DNA of 64,000 nucleotides from Callorhinchus milii (Eukaryota). Position 1 is the first letter of the stretch; each line of letters starts with the position of its first letter. The DNA is taken from NCBI RefSeq assembly GCF_018977255.1, contig NW_024704743.1:74898001-74962000 (forward strand), in the 5' to 3' direction. The notes under the pieces are model-generated. The model was not told where the DNA came from. It searched no databases and was given only the letters and a program-made list of their open reading frames with translations. Of this stretch, positions 12,401-27,400 are shown in pieces. The translations under genes and the position numbers were made by a program.

Positions 12401-15400
12401 TTAGAGGGGATCTTATAGAAACCTATAAGATCATCAATGGGCATGATAGAGTAGATAGTGGGAGATTGTTTCCCCTGGTTGGAGAAACTAAAACCAGGGG
12501 TCACAACCTTAAAATCAGAGACCAGCCCTTTCGCACTGAGTTGAGGAAGAACTTCTTCACTCAAAGGGTGGGGAATGTATGGAACTCACTACCCCAAAGG
12601 GCTGTTGATGCTCAGTCCTTGAACATATTCAAGACTGAGATAGATAGATTTCTTATTGCAAAAGGGATTAAGGAATATGGGGATAAGGCAGGGTTAGGTT
12701 ATTAGCTGGAGTTAGATTAGAAGATCAGCCATGATTGAATGGCGGGGCAGGCTCAAAGGGCCAAATGGCCTACTCCTGCATGTTATGTGCAGGGCTAGTC
12801 TAAACCACCAAATCTCTGTATTCATTGGAATCGTAGTGCTTCTGTACACATTTTCCCCAGAGGGTTACCTGACTTTCATTTTTACTTTTCTTCATATCTG
12901 TATAATTTAGACACTGATTGTTCAGTTAGTGGGTAGTTTCATTCAGGTATCTCATAATGTTGGGCTTAGTAACTGCATGTACACTAATTCCAGATGTTTT
13001 CACTGATTACTATTAGGTACAGTTGCAGTACCCAAATTTTTCCTCAGGAGATTTATGAATATGTTAAGATCATTATTCACAGATTATTATTCAGAGGAAA
13101 GAAATCTAATTAGAAAAAAAATGCATCCAGCCATAATTAAGCCCACATCCACACTTTCATGTTTCTCTTTGCTGTTGTTGAGATGGTTTAAAATTAAGTT
13201 ATGTTAACATAGTTTTATCCTTGTTTGGACATGATAGTTCAGAGGTAAATGAAGATGCCATATTCTTCTTGGTATAGTTTATTTGTATCCTATCAATGGA
13301 AATTTTGGGTTTGCATTGCTTAATAGACCAGAGCAATGAAGTTTGGAACTGATCGATTGTCTGCCTCCAAGGTGAAAATTCATTCATTTTTCTTGCAGGA
13401 TCATGGAACAGGTGCCCTAGTGATCAGTTCCCTTTTGGACTTCCTTACCTTTGCACTCTGTGCTCCGTATAGTGAGACAACTGAAGGACAACAGTTTGAT
13501 ATGTTGCTGGAAATGGTGGCAGCTGTTGGAAGAACTCTTTTTAAACTTTTCCAGGTATGTTTTTAAACTTGCCTTGGAGTTCACCAAATTACACTGAGTT
13601 TGAAGGAGACCAGATGATTGGTTTGACCTGTGCAAAAATCAAATTGTTGACTTAAATTGGAGGTTTATACGGATCCAACCTCCCAAGAGTCTGACCCATA
13701 TACTGCACTGTATTTTCTCAACCTTGACGGTGTAGATGTCAATGTACATTAGCTTGGTTCCATTTTTTAAAAAATGTTGTGCAAAAATGGGAGTCTCTTT
13801 ACAAGGTAAGAAGGACAGTTAATTTTGCAACATCATGTAAGATCAATTTGCAACATCATATGCATAAAATTCCTTTTGAGACTTGCGCTCATGATTATCG
13901 CTTGATTGCACAACCCTATCTTAATGTTTCGTGGGAGATGTTCAGTAGTTTTTCTGTATGAAAACTATTTGTTGTACTTGCTTTCAGCACCCTTCGATGG
14001 CTATTGTGAAAGGAGCTGGCTTAGTTATGAAGGCAATAATAGAGGTAAGCTTTATAATAGATTCTCCAAAGGAGTTAGTTTTGTAAATTAAGAATTGATT
14101 GGGTCACTGAGTTTATACTATGAATACCAGAGGTTTAACAATCTTTTGTCTGGTTAGTTAGCTGATCTCAACTAGGACATCATAATGGATGCCATGAATA
14201 TTCTTGACTTGCTGATATTTGAGGGAAGGAGAAGAAAGTAGTTGAACTAGCTCCTACTCCTAATTTCTATTTAATGACCTTTACTGAAATGTAAATGCAT
14301 GACTGTTTAGTCTCGGTTGATAATGACAACTGGGCTCCAGTCACCTTGAGGTAACTTGCCCATTGAACCAAAGCTATAAACTCTCCTCATCTGAGAAATG
14401 GATCGTATGTCTTTAAATATGGGAATGTAAATAGACAAGGCCATTAAATATGCAGATTCAATAGCATAGCTTTTATATTATGGGCATTGAATATAAGAGC
14501 AAGAAGTTGATAAACTTTTACAAGTCATTGCCTTGGCTACAATTTTACTGAACCATCTCTATTTCTTCCTAATAAGGAAGGTGACAAAGAGATAGCTGCA
14601 AAAATGCAGGAGCTTGCCTTGAGTGAAGGTGCCCTACCACGTCATTTACACACCTCAATGTTTACAATTAGCACAGATCAGCGGATGCTGACGAACAGGT
14701 ATGTACAATTGAATCAAAGAATCGTACAGCACAAAAAGAGGCCATTCGACCCATCGAGTTTGTGCCGGCTCTTTGAATAGAGCAATCAATGTCAATTCCA
14801 CTCCCCAGCCCTTTCCCCATAACCCTGCAAACCTGTCCTCCTCAAATACCCGTCCACCGCGTTTTTAAAAGTTTTTATCGAATCGGCCTCCACCACCCTT
14901 TCAGGCAATGAGTTTCAGATTCGAACAACTCGCTGCGTGGAAACATTTCTTCTCACCTCCCCCTCTGCTTTTTTTAGAGACTATTTTGAATCTGTGACCT
15001 TGAGTCACCGACACACCCACCAGTGGAAACAGTTTTTCTCTTTCTAACCTATCAAATCCCCTCATGATTTTGAAGACCTCTATTAGGTCTCCTCGTAACC
15101 TTCTCTGCTCCAGTGAGAATAATCCCAGGCTCTCTAGCCTTTCCTCATAATCAAGGTCCCTCATTCCTGGTACCATCCTTGTAAATCTCCTCTACATCCT
15201 TTCCAATGCCTTAACATCCTTCCTATAGTGTGGTGCCCAGATCTTGTTTCACTAGATTGTGTTTCCAGCTATAAAATCTGAAAACAAAATATTAATGATG
15301 GAAAATTGTTTCTATTCAGGCAGTTAAGTAGGCATTTGGTGGGACTTTGGACTGCAGAAAATCTTACAGCATTAAATTTGCTAAAACGTATTTTGGTAAG

Positions 15401-18400
15401 TGAAAATTTAAATTGATCTCGAAGTCGTGTTTATGTTCAAGCTTTTTAAAGCATAATACTTTGGTGTTAATACTGAACAAATTAGCAGGTATTTTTGCTT
15501 GACAAAAGATACCAAATTCTGAAAAAACATTTCATTTGATATAGTGCCTGAATGTCAGGACAATGTGGCAAAGTTCTTCACAAAATTGACTTTAAACTAG
15601 TGATTTTTTTTGTAGGCAAATAATTCACTTGTGTCTCAGATCCCTCTCGTGAGCTAATTATATCTAATTTTCTAATACAATCCGCATCCTTGGAGTGGAC
15701 TAGTCTTGATATTCATTACTTTGTTTAAAGTAGGAACCCATAACGGGAGAACTGGTGATATCCGAATTGAAACACTTAAGGGACTTAATCACTTAATCTC
15801 TGATAAACTACTATTTTCAGAAAGTTTTAAATTGAAATAGGATATGTCAGTATCCAATACCAGCAGTGAGAGTTTGAGGTTCTGCCTTTTGACATTTGGT
15901 CTCCTAAACCTACAAAGTAATAAATATCAAGAATAAGCCACTGTAATATCAGAGACAGTAGAAGTCTTGGTTTCCAGTTGAGAGTAGTTGTGTCAGATAT
16001 GTTGTTGCTGGCATTTTGACTAGATTCTCATCTGGGAAAGCCCCTGGTTACTTAATTATTTGGCATTTTTACCAATTACTTGGCTGTAAATTACCAAGCA
16101 GTAAATAGGAACTGGTTGTTAGTCGATTGGCGAATCGCTTTTCCAGGGTTAAGAATTCCTTCAAAAAAAAAAAAAAAATCGGTCACTTCAACCCACTACT
16201 GTTTGTGGGACACTGCTGTCTGAAATGGACTGTCGTGTTTCACCCACAAAATATACAGTCAATTCACTTTACAGTATATTCTGTGAAGCGCTTTTAGACA
16301 TCTTGAAGACATGATAAGGTGCTATATCAACTGCAAGGATTATTATTATTATTTCAGCAGGCTGTTCTATATATGGACCACTTCTATAAACAAAAAAAAA
16401 ACTCTGTTCACTTTCCCTTATCTGAGCTTGAATCAACATCCAGAACAGGTTACCAAGAAGGGTGATGGAGGCTGGATTGCTGGACTGACTGCTTTAAGAA
16501 TCGGGTTAATGTCAAAGTTATTGTTGATTGTCATTGGTAAAACAGCCATTGATCAACCAGCAGCTACTAATATGAACCTAATGTTGGGAAAAAGATCATT
16601 GACCATCTCCAGACTACAGCATGTTGTTGCAGACATTTTTTTCCCATCCTGGCTTTCTTTTGAATTCAGTGTATTCTTTACGAAAGTGCCTTGCTTGACC
16701 AGTTCTGCCTTTTGATGGTGGATTCTTAAATCTGGTGAAGGTCTGCATTTGCAAATCTATTAATTTTCCTGCAACCAGCAGTATTAGGTCCATATTGTAA
16801 ATCAAAGTCCCTTGCAATCTAGGAAAAGTAACTATGGTGCTAAAATTTTGCCAGCTGGTTTGTTGTGTGATGTGGGTGAAAAATGTATTTAAAATGCAAC
16901 CAAAGAAATGTACTTCTCATTTTAATAATGCCACAAATCCTCTGCAGAAATAAACCAAGTGTAAAATGTTTGACCAGTTATAGCTTATAACTGTAGCCAT
17001 GCTCTCCAGCCAAGTTCAAACTTCAGTAGCTGTCTTAACTTCAAACCTTACTACTTCAAAGCTCCTCTCCGTTTCCCCCCTTCATTAATGCCTATTAACT
17101 TCTTATAACTTCCTAATGTCTTGGTTTTCTTGGTATGGCAATACTTTTTCCATTTCTCCCCACCCCTCCACACACCTAAAAATAATTTTCTTTTGTTTTC
17201 AGCCAACAGGTTTGCTGGCATATCTCGATAGCACAGAGCAAGTACCAGAAAAAGACATTGACAGGATGCACATCAGGGACAATGTAAAAATTGCAACGGT
17301 AAGTTGAAGGTTTATTTTTGCGATAGTGGTGCTGTGGCCATAATTTATGTGAGCATGGAGTGAGTTACTGGAGAGCAGCCAGTATTTCAGGGGTGCAGGA
17401 GAAGAGAAACTGGTCAATAATATTTCAGCTTGACTACAGTATTGGTTACGTGAAAGAGCTGTGCTTCCTTTAGGTTGAGAATATAATAATATAATCCTTG
17501 CATTTGATATAGCGCTTTTCACATCTTCTCGACGTCTCAAAGCGCTTCACAGAATATGCTGTGAAGTGAATGTATATTTGTGGGGGAACGCGGCAGCCAA
17601 TTGCGCACAGCAATGTCCCACAAACAGTCGTAGATTGAAAATGACCAATTTATTATTGTTTTGGAGAGATTATTATTAGGCGTGTGGAGTAAGGAAACTT
17701 ACCAAGGTTTCGCCGACACAACAAATTGCATTTATGCAGCATCTTTCATGTCAGGAGGTTGTCCCAAGCGCTGGAAATTTGAGGGTTTGAACCTGAGCTG
17801 GGGGCTGATCTGCGCCCTCTGAATTGAGCCTTTGAATTATTGAAACTAAATGAATAGAAAACTTTTTAGGTGCATATTTTTAAGCTTGCTTCATCCTTTT
17901 TAATTTTTTCTGCAATCGTGTGCTCCAGGTTTCTAATTCATTTTGTGCAAGAACCATAGATGTTTAAATGTACATTTCCTTTTGAATTCAATAGGATCAG
18001 TATGGTAAATTCGGTAAGGTCCCAGACTGGCAACGACTAGCTGGAAAAGCCGCTAAAGAAGTAGAAAAATTTGCCAAAGAGAAGGTTGATTTGCTTCTGT
18101 TGCACTGGAGAGACAGGATGGGTATTGCTCAAAAGGAGGTAAGGGGAGTTTAATTATACCACTGTATATTAGCTGTGAAATGTCCTGCTTGGTCTCGGAT
18201 ATTTTTAATACAGTATGTGAACAAAATAAACATTCTTGTATTGTGTGTAAACTAAATAAAATTCACCTTACAAAATGCAAATGAGATTTGCACCCAAATT
18301 CTTATTTATCCCCACTACTTGAATTATAATGTATTACTTAAATGCCATCATATTGTTTGGATGTTGCCTTTTGAGAGCTTGGTGTTTTGTACTCACTTTG

Positions 18401-21400
18401 GTCAGATATTTACATGGACTTTCATAGTACTATTTCTTTCCCTATTCTGCCCCCAAAAAAGCAACAGTTAGGAATTTTGCTATTCTTACCTTAAGAAGTA
18501 TTCTTATGCTCAAACAAGCAGTTGATGTCATTTATAAAAAAAATGCATTGTGAAGTTTCAAAGTCTTATTCAAGATTTCAATCAGTTTTGACATATGGTG
18601 TCAGTTGCTTGAGAATTCACTATCTCAAACTGCCTAGTCATTCTACCAGAGGGAACTATAATAGAAAATGCAGATGCAAATTGCTATTCACAGGGCATTG
18701 ATATATGTGGATAATGCGTAAAACAAAAAGTATCAATAATAATAATCCTTGCATTTGATGTAGCGCCTTATCACGTCTTCATGACGTCCCAAAGTGCTTC
18801 ACAGAATATACTGTAAAGTGAATGGCCGTTTTTTTAAAAAAATAATGTGCTGAGGATGATCATGTAGTCTTTAAGCCTGTGTCCATATTTCATTGAAACG
18901 AATCCATGTTTTATTGAAACCAATCCTATAAATTGAAGGATTGGTGTATTTGAAATTTGTTTTAAGAATGCTGTGTTATGGTTAACTGGTGTTTGCAGGC
19001 AGTCACACTTTCAATGTAACATTCTGGTATTTAATGATGTGGATCTTCATTGGAAGTTGGATGTGTGGCTTCAGTTATGACATGATAAAACTGGCATGGC
19101 TTGGTGTTTTTTCTTGCAATATGGCAGCAAATAAATACTAACCAATGCCGTTAGAAATGTTGGTTTCCTCTTTGCTTTAAAGTTTACTTTGGCTTTCTTT
19201 TTATTCTTGCTGTCAAACAAAAGCAGGACAGGAACAGTCTGGTAAGTAGAAGCTGTTTTCTTGAGTTTGTTGACCTTGCTTGTTGTCCTATCTCCTGCCT
19301 GTCTTCACTTGGTGGTGTTGTGGTGTAATACATTGGGCTGGAGTTTCTGTCGTGTTATTCTGGGATGATGTTTAAACCTGTAGGTAATCTTATATTGTAA
19401 AGAACAACTGCAATCAGGATAAGAATTGGTCTGGCTTTCACCTTTTCATCTCTTTCTTTCCACCCACCAAAAATCTGCACGAAGCAACAAAACTATGGGA
19501 AATGTAACAGTGACATTTCTACCTGTTTTTTCCCATGCTAGATTATTGCTGTTTTTTTTTGATGGGTGGCGGGGCAGTTAAGTTGTTTCTTGTTCACCTG
19601 GCCAATGCTAGTGTTCGCCTACAAATGTCGACAACTACACTTCACAAGACTGGCAAAGAGGGAGCAAGGCAGAGTGATTAAAGCAGGCAGAGTTTAGGGT
19701 TGATGTGGCTCAAGGCACAACTGCCACCGAAAGCATTGATGTTTTGAATCAATTGCATTTGTGAATAGTGGCGCTGGGGAGACCAGCAAACAACAACAAA
19801 ATTACATTTATAGAGCGCCTCTCACGTCGGGAGGAGGTCCAGAAGGACATTGGAGAAATCCAGACAGCAGGTGATGAAAGCGTAACTGAGAGTTTTAGCG
19901 ATGTTGAGTATGGTTGGACGTGGGTGGTGTGGTGGTGGAGGAAAGCGGTCCTGGTTAGTTACTGGATGTAGGGTAGGAAGCACAACTGGGTATTGAGCCA
20001 GAAGCTTAGGTTGCAAACAAGTGCTGGAAGTCTGAGGGATAGGCAAGGGAAATTAAGGAGGTCAGAACTGCAGGTGAGAAGAAGTTGACAGGAGCCAAAG
20101 AGGTATAGCTTCCGTCTTATACATGTTCCGCTGCAGAAAGTTGGTGCTCATCCAGGCCTTGATGTCTGACAAGTAGACAGAACATTGGTGGACCGTGGAT
20201 CATGGCTAGAGGAGGAAAGGTTGATTTGGATGTCATCTGCATGCGTGTGGAATTTGACCCCGTGTCTGACAATGATACATACCTCTAGTAGGGAGATGCA
20301 GTACATTCTAAATCTGGTTTATTTGACTAATGCTTTGCATAGCTGTGCTCTGAGATAGTAAATTTAAGATCAGTTTGTTTTTCCTCTAAATCCTCCTTGA
20401 CTACTGTTTTGGTATAATTCAACTTGACTGAAGTTGGCTGAGAAAAAAAATGATGGATTCCTTACTGTAGATGGTAATATTTATTATCTGAATGTTAGTT
20501 TTCTCGTATTCCAAATTTCCCAATATACAATTGGTGAGGGGAAGATTGCTAGTCTGCAAATTGTTATATGCTGCCAGGATTAGACATATATTCCACTGTT
20601 TGGAATATTGATTGGTATTCAGTGGTTATATTGTATTAAATGAATGAGGAAATACAATGTCTGCCTGTTGTTTTCTTGGTTACAAATGTCCCACAATCCC
20701 AGGATCTGTTGACTTAATTCCTTTTTGTGTAAAGCAAAACTGATTGATTTGTTAGAAAAATGGAAAGTAGAAATGTTAAGCCCCTGAAGGATCTGGATCT
20801 AGTGTTTTCTAGATTATGCTAAGAATGAGGACTACTTCAGGCAGTATAAAAGTGTGTATTCTAATGAAAGGCTTTCGTTCCTTTCAATAAATTCAAGCAT
20901 TTAAGTCTAGATTGAAAGGAATGTTTTATTAACTGTGTAACACAGGAACCATATTGAAACTGGCAATGTTACTAGGTTAATCCAAGCTAACCGCATGGAC
21001 TCGTATTGCCTCACAAAGCAAGTGATGTTAGCAGCAACCTAATGACCTGGATTTTGGCCACATTGGAACTCATTCATTTGATACAGTATAACTAATGTGG
21101 GTCTGATCTTGTGGAGCGCACGTCCCATGAGTTTCTGGAACTATTTAGTGATTTATTCTATTAATTTAATGTTGCAAGGCATTGTGGTGATTGTAAGATT
21201 GCTTTGGAAGCAAACATATAGCTGGTATCATGCAACACAGTAATATGATCTTGAGTATCCCATTGGAGGAAGATTTTAATATTGGAGAATTAGTATTTCA
21301 GTTAACTGATGATTATAAAGGAATCCCATGTTTTTCTCCATAATCCCTAAAAATGCTTATTTTCCATCCATCTATCTCTTTTGTACTCAAAGTTTTCTGA

Positions 21401-24400
21401 TTTCACTTTTAACTGGCACTTGTTTTAAATTCCACGATCGGAGAGTCTCCCTATCTGACATATCAATTTGCCTGAATTAAATAGCCCTCAACTCTATGGA
21501 ATATATTAAGCTTATCAAGATCCTATTCATTGCTTGCATCCTTTTGGTAGACTTTTCTATTAAAAAAAACTTGCCATATGTTGTTATTTTATTGTCTCTT
21601 GATTGGAAATATTCCATCCCTTCAGAGAATGTTGGGCACTGAGGGTGACACTTTCAGCACCTAGTTCAGGGCTTCCATATCTAATCGCCTGCCCATTGCT
21701 CAAGGTGTTTTGATTTCAGTAGAGCAGCTTTGAGGTGCTTTGGCATTTGGTAATTTTGACAAATTATACTTAATATAGTGTAAACTACTAGGGGGGAGTG
21801 GATTACATCAAGCATTTCTTAGAATTTTTGGTGATTTGCAGTTTTTCTGACCTATAAGTGTTATGAAACGTCCTGATAATGGTTTCATATTTGTAGATGT
21901 TTCCAGACATGGGTTTTGTTTGTAATATTGGAAGTTTGAAATACAAGTTGCATTTGAATTTTTTTTTCTGTCGCGTACAAAGCATAGGCCTTTATGCATA
22001 GTAGTTCCATTGATGTGCCTGGCTTTGAAAATTAATAGGTGGTATGAATTGGAACTAGACTACAGATATTATTGTTGTATTTTAATTTATTGTTTATCCT
22101 CCATATATGCCAATGGATTGGCCCAGTTGCCTAATGAGGTGCTGTTGCAACGACCAAGTACCTTGCATTCCTGGTCTACTCCCATGTTCACAATCCTTTA
22201 TCTGCAATTTCTCAGTAATACCTCAAGATCCTGGTGGAATACAATTCAGTCAATTCCATTACTTTTTTTTCCACATTTGTTTTGCCCAGAATATTTTAAC
22301 AAAATATTGTTTGAAAAATTAAAATCTCTGTACAAGATATTGTGTTTAAAGGGAGCATCTTATGGTTTCTCGTCATGACTTTCCATCAGTATACATATAT
22401 AGGTTAAATTACAATTGGCAATAAACTACAATTGTGGAGTCCTGTAGCTCATGGTTAGAGCACTCGCCTCACAAGCGAGAGACCTGGGTTCGATTCCTGG
22501 CAGGGTGAAACCTTAGGCAAGTTTCCTTACTCTACACACCTGATCATAATCCCTCAAGAAAAAAAGCAATAATAAATTGGTCACTTTAATCCACAACTGT
22601 GTGGGGGACACTGCTGTATGCAATTGGCTGCCGCAATTCGCCCACAAATATACAGTCAATTCACTTTACAGTCTATTTTGTGAAGCGCTTTGAGACGTCT
22701 TGAAGACGTGAAAAGCGCTATATCAAATGCAAGGATTATTATATTATGTTGAAAAATATATAGATGTAATTTAGTCTAATCTAGTCTAATTGTGAGCCAA
22801 TTATTAGTGCAGGGAATAATTTATTTTGCAGGTTAGTCAGTTGGAATATTTTCCTCTTTCCCAAAATAGTTATCGACATGCATCTTAAGTGTTTTCAGGA
22901 AGAAGTCTGATATCTTGGCATACTCTGAGTTCTGTGTACCAAATAGATACAGTTTTTATGCAAATAAAATATTGTGGAAAAGCTAGGAGCTTCTGCATTT
23001 TGAGCATTGACAGAAAAGGTTCTCTACATGTACCCCAGCAAATATGGCTTGATCTTAACCTACGAATGCAATTCTATAATTGTACTAAAAAAAATTAAAG
23101 AAGGAATACTCAACTTTCTGATAGAAAAGCAATTAATTTGGGATTTTATTGTTAAAAGTAAATTCCATGAACCTGACATGTGATGGCTGAGAGATGGAAT
23201 GACAGTACATTCCTGATAACTTAACCATGGCTTAATTTGTCACTATTACTTAAATCATGATGTCAATATCCTGGCCATATTTATTTATCTGTTTGTACAT
23301 ATGCCTCACTCACCATTCTAGATAACTTGTCATTGGGCCGTTTTACCTTAGTGTGATGAGAAGCGCTTTGAGAAGTCTCAAAGACAAGACGCTATGTGAA
23401 ATGAAAGGATTATTATTAAGAGTTTACTTTAACTACTGTACAATGCTTAGTTTCTTTGTTCTCTTCAGTCTCACTATCTCTCTGCCCAAAACTCTCTTAC
23501 GTTGTATCTGGTTGCTTTTTGTCTCCAATTTTATTGATTTATCTTCATGTTATTTGATTGATATATACATTTCTAATTCTATCCTGTATACTCTCTTGTT
23601 TCACATGGAGCACCTTTTCAAATATACCAATTTTTTCATGTATTCTGTATGCAACAAAGCAAAATGTCTTGATTTTCTGAGCTGCTAGGATGTGGCAAAC
23701 AAGCTGCTAATTCTCTGCAAGTTTCAGAATCGAGAGGAATTTATTTTCCTTCACAACTGTGCATATTTGTGTCGGCGTCTACTTGGTCAAACTGCATTTT
23801 TGTTTATCGAGTATTGGAATGTCTGTTGGTAGCGAGCTGAAAGCCATCAGTAGTAAGATTCAAGCGGGATTTCTGAAATGTCTTTAGTCAGAGAATAACT
23901 TTCTGTTGTCCATAGTTTTTAATGTTGAATCCAGTTCCTTTTGATTAGTAAATCCTTTAAATGCAGCCATTTTTAAAATTATTTTTTGGATGATACTTTA
24001 AACTGAGGCCCAATCTGCCTGTTCAGGTGGATGTTAAAGATCCCATGGTACTGCTTGAAAAGAGAAGGGAGTTTATCTCAGGCTTCTGGCCTGCAATCCC
24101 CCAAATAAAATGATCATTCACTTCTTGGCAGTTTTGTGGAGCACTCCTATGTGCAAATTGGCTGCTGCATTCACCCAAAATAAGGTCACAATGCTTTAAA
24201 CTATAACCTGTTTGGGATGTCCTCTTGACATGAAAGGCACTATATCAAATGTAAGGATTATTATTATTGCTCATAATTCTGGTTAGTCCACATTCTAAAA
24301 TTCCTCTGATGAAATTTTAGAATTCAGAATTGGTTTGGCTTTAGCTCAGATGTGAAAGCTTTACATTTGAGTTGCAATTGAAAAATGTAGTTCTTCATCT

Positions 24401-27400
24401 CAACTCATGTATTTATGCACAATCTCAGGAAATTGAGAAATCAATTTTGGTGGCATTTGAATTTAAATGCAACAGTTATTCAAGGTGTTGTACCTATCTC
24501 TAGCCAGGAATGCAGAAAATCTACAAATAGAGCTCTGCAAAAAAAAAAACTGAGTTAGGGTTACCTCTACTGATTCTCCAACTTTTTTTTCTTCTCTTGC
24601 TATCGATTTTTATCTCATGATTTCTTTCAATTTTACTTTCAGCCATCAATCTATTTTTGTTCTGGATTTCCTACATTTACCTAATATTTCAGTGCTCCTG
24701 TACATATTTTTTGCTGTGCAGCCAGCAGGCTGCCATTTCCCTTGTTCTGTTCCTGTCAAAGGAACTTGCTGGCACATGGAGGGGAACTAAACTGAACCTC
24801 AAACGAGAGGTTGGAAATCTGTCATCATTTTACAAGTTGACCATTGGTGAGATACACACAATTTCCTAACATGCACACAAATCTGATTAGAGCATCAAAT
24901 ATTTTGGATTTTTCTGTTGAATAGCTTTTTCTTCTGTTAAATATTGTAGCTCCTTCAACTGACTTTTTATATATTTATTTTAATGCATACCCCAGAAAGT
25001 ATCAAATCTTGCACCATAGCATAAGGTACAAAATATATTTTTGTCGAAGCAAATCCATTAAATCCATTAAAGTGCTTTAAACTGATTTTAAAGGCTGCAC
25101 GGGTACTCAGAAGCTATAAGTTGAAAAGAAGAATCAATGAATGTTTGTGTTGTTGAGGTTTTGAATCCCTGGCTGTAAGTGATCTTTTGGGCAGCTGCAA
25201 GTGGTAATTTAAGTAGGCTGAAGAACGGATATGAAATTGCTCTGTGCTATTCTTCCTTTTCTTTCTCCCTGGAATAGCATAGCTGGGATGTCAGATGAAA
25301 GGTTCGAACCAGTGGTGTTAGGTTTGCAATATAAAAGCTAAGAGTTGGAGGGACTTGCCTGGGAGTGGGAGATTTACAAATCATAGTATAGTGAGAGTTC
25401 ACTGAGAGATAATTGGAATAGATTTGTGTATACGTAGTATGAATGTGTGAAACATTGGGTGTAGAGATCAGATCTAAGTAGCAGTTACTTGGGGGGAACG
25501 TCATAGTTTTTATTGGAAATTTTCCTTCATGCAAAACACAATGGAACTGAATATCCTTGGATATAAAATTTCAGAATAAAAAGGAAAAGAATAAGGGGAG
25601 GAAGATAGAATTAAGGTTATGATTATAACATTGGAAAGGAAGGATATTGTAAAAGTTATGTCAGGCAATGTAAAGATTGAAGCAAGAACTAAATTGCCTA
25701 ATCCCATTACACACCACCCAGTAGTAGAAAGAAATAGAAGAAGAAAATTGTAAACAATTCTGAGTTTTCCAGAAATCAAACTAATAATGGGAGATTTTAT
25801 ATCGAGGTAGACTGGGTTGGGAGTAAGTTGCTAGGCAAGATGAGTAGCAAATCATAAAATGCAACAGCTGAGAATTGGACCCAAGCAGTGGGTTGGAATT
25901 AGGAAGGGTGGAGGGCAGGAAAGGTAGGGGTAAGAACTGTTTTCTGGATCAGCCTGCCAATGCCATTGTCAAAGCCATGAACAGAGTCCAATATGGATTC
26001 ATTAGATGCTACGTAAAATGGTTATGGGGGGAAAAAAATAGGTCCAAGGTCACTGTCAAAGCAGGTTAAGACAGGGATTGAACAGTATTGTAATGAACTT
26101 TTTTGATGATAGGTAGTAGTCTGTCATTGATGAAATTAAGTTGCAGTAAAATAAGCTAGTCACAAAGTGCAGTGTTTGCACAAACAAAGGGTTATCTCCA
26201 CACGACCTAAAAGCAAATTTCTGATTCTTCTATAATTGGACAATCTTTTTTCCAGGCCTTTACTAAATAACTTTGGGTTATTGATAGATGGTGCCTTGGC
26301 ACTATAGCTAAAGTTCTTCAACTTTTTACAGGGCAAGGATCTGATGTCTAATGGTGCAGAAATAAATTTCCCTTGATAGGCTTCTTGGTCTAGAGTGCTG
26401 ACATTAAGATCTTGGATATTGCTGATGTCCGCTTGTTTTTAAGGCTCAAATAGGGCCAAATTACCTGAACCAGATGTACCAGAGATTTCAGTGTAGTCCC
26501 TTAGCTGAATCATTGGTTCCAACAGAAATATCTCGGCAACAAAGAGGTAAGATTAGCTTTGGGAAGCAAATGAACAGATTAGCTATCAATTTAAAATGTA
26601 TGCTTCTGTGCTGAACATTGCTGGTCCGGTCTGACCGTACTTGTCTTTAAATCGTGTTTATCCTTGGGGCATTTTTGTTTAGATATGCCTGGGTTGTTTG
26701 GGAAACAATACTTTCTAGTGTTTGTCATTCTGATGTGAAAGGCGCTATACAAATGTAATTTGTTGTTTTGTATGATTGTATGGTGGACATTAGCTACTAA
26801 TGATCATGTTTGGGTCTATCCTTACTTGTCATCTTTTCAGCTTAAGTAAAACTTCCATCAAAAATGTATTGGTGTGCCCAGAGACTGTCCTTCTTCCACT
26901 TTGTTCTGCCATTTAGTTTAAAGTTAATTTGTGAAAGTGTAAGTCAACATTAGTTGCAGTATAGATGACTAATCTTAGTGGAAGCTCCTAAGAAGTCCCC
27001 TTTTCATCCCAGGTTTCACAGTGATATTTGCCTTTTTGTTCAGGTAGATCTTAAAGATCCCATGGCACTATTCAAAATAAATATTCGAAAAATACTGCTT
27101 ATAGGAAATTGCTGTGTTCACCCTACACTACACAGTACAGCCACTACACAGAAATCCTGTGAAGTGCTTTGATACATCCTGATGTGAAAGGGACTATATC
27201 AAATGCAAATATTATACTTCTAAATTACAGGACTCTGCACTCCTTGAATGGATCCAAGAAAAAGTTTCAAAAGGAAACCTCATTAACCTTCAGGACATTT
27301 TACAAATAAAATAGCTGCATTTCTAATGCAGTGGGAAAAATTGCAAATTCCATCAATTTTTAGGAAGGTCTAGGCTGTTTTGAGGTATAACTTGTTTGTT

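Larger units (their letters stand above)
9178..12790 (+). mobile_element. CR1 LINE (ORF1 end, APE endonuclease, RT, 3' end), internally deleted, duplicated and interrupted by L2
   Basis: ORF1 esterase-like [17 protein letters not shown] motifs [20 protein letters not shown] motifs [44 protein letters not shown]1 3' end gatcagccatgattgaatggcgggg. Confidence 0.92.

Noticed and set aside
9389..12705. Active autonomous CR1
   Set aside because: Stops, frameshifts, large deletions, an L2 insertion and a mutated FADD motif
18641..18657. Weaker CTCF-like motifs (also near 21785)
   Set aside because: Mismatches in core positions; expected by chance in 64 kb
22436..22510. tRNA gene calls for the SINE heads (also 29752, 39716 and 56331)
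   Set aside because: Each head runs directly into the same SINE body and tail, and the anticodon triplet differs between copies
23689..23832. Possible alternative terminal or poison exon ([12 protein letters not shown]...W*)
   Set aside because: There is an AG after a pyrimidine-rich region, but no clear donor or polyA signal and no homology support
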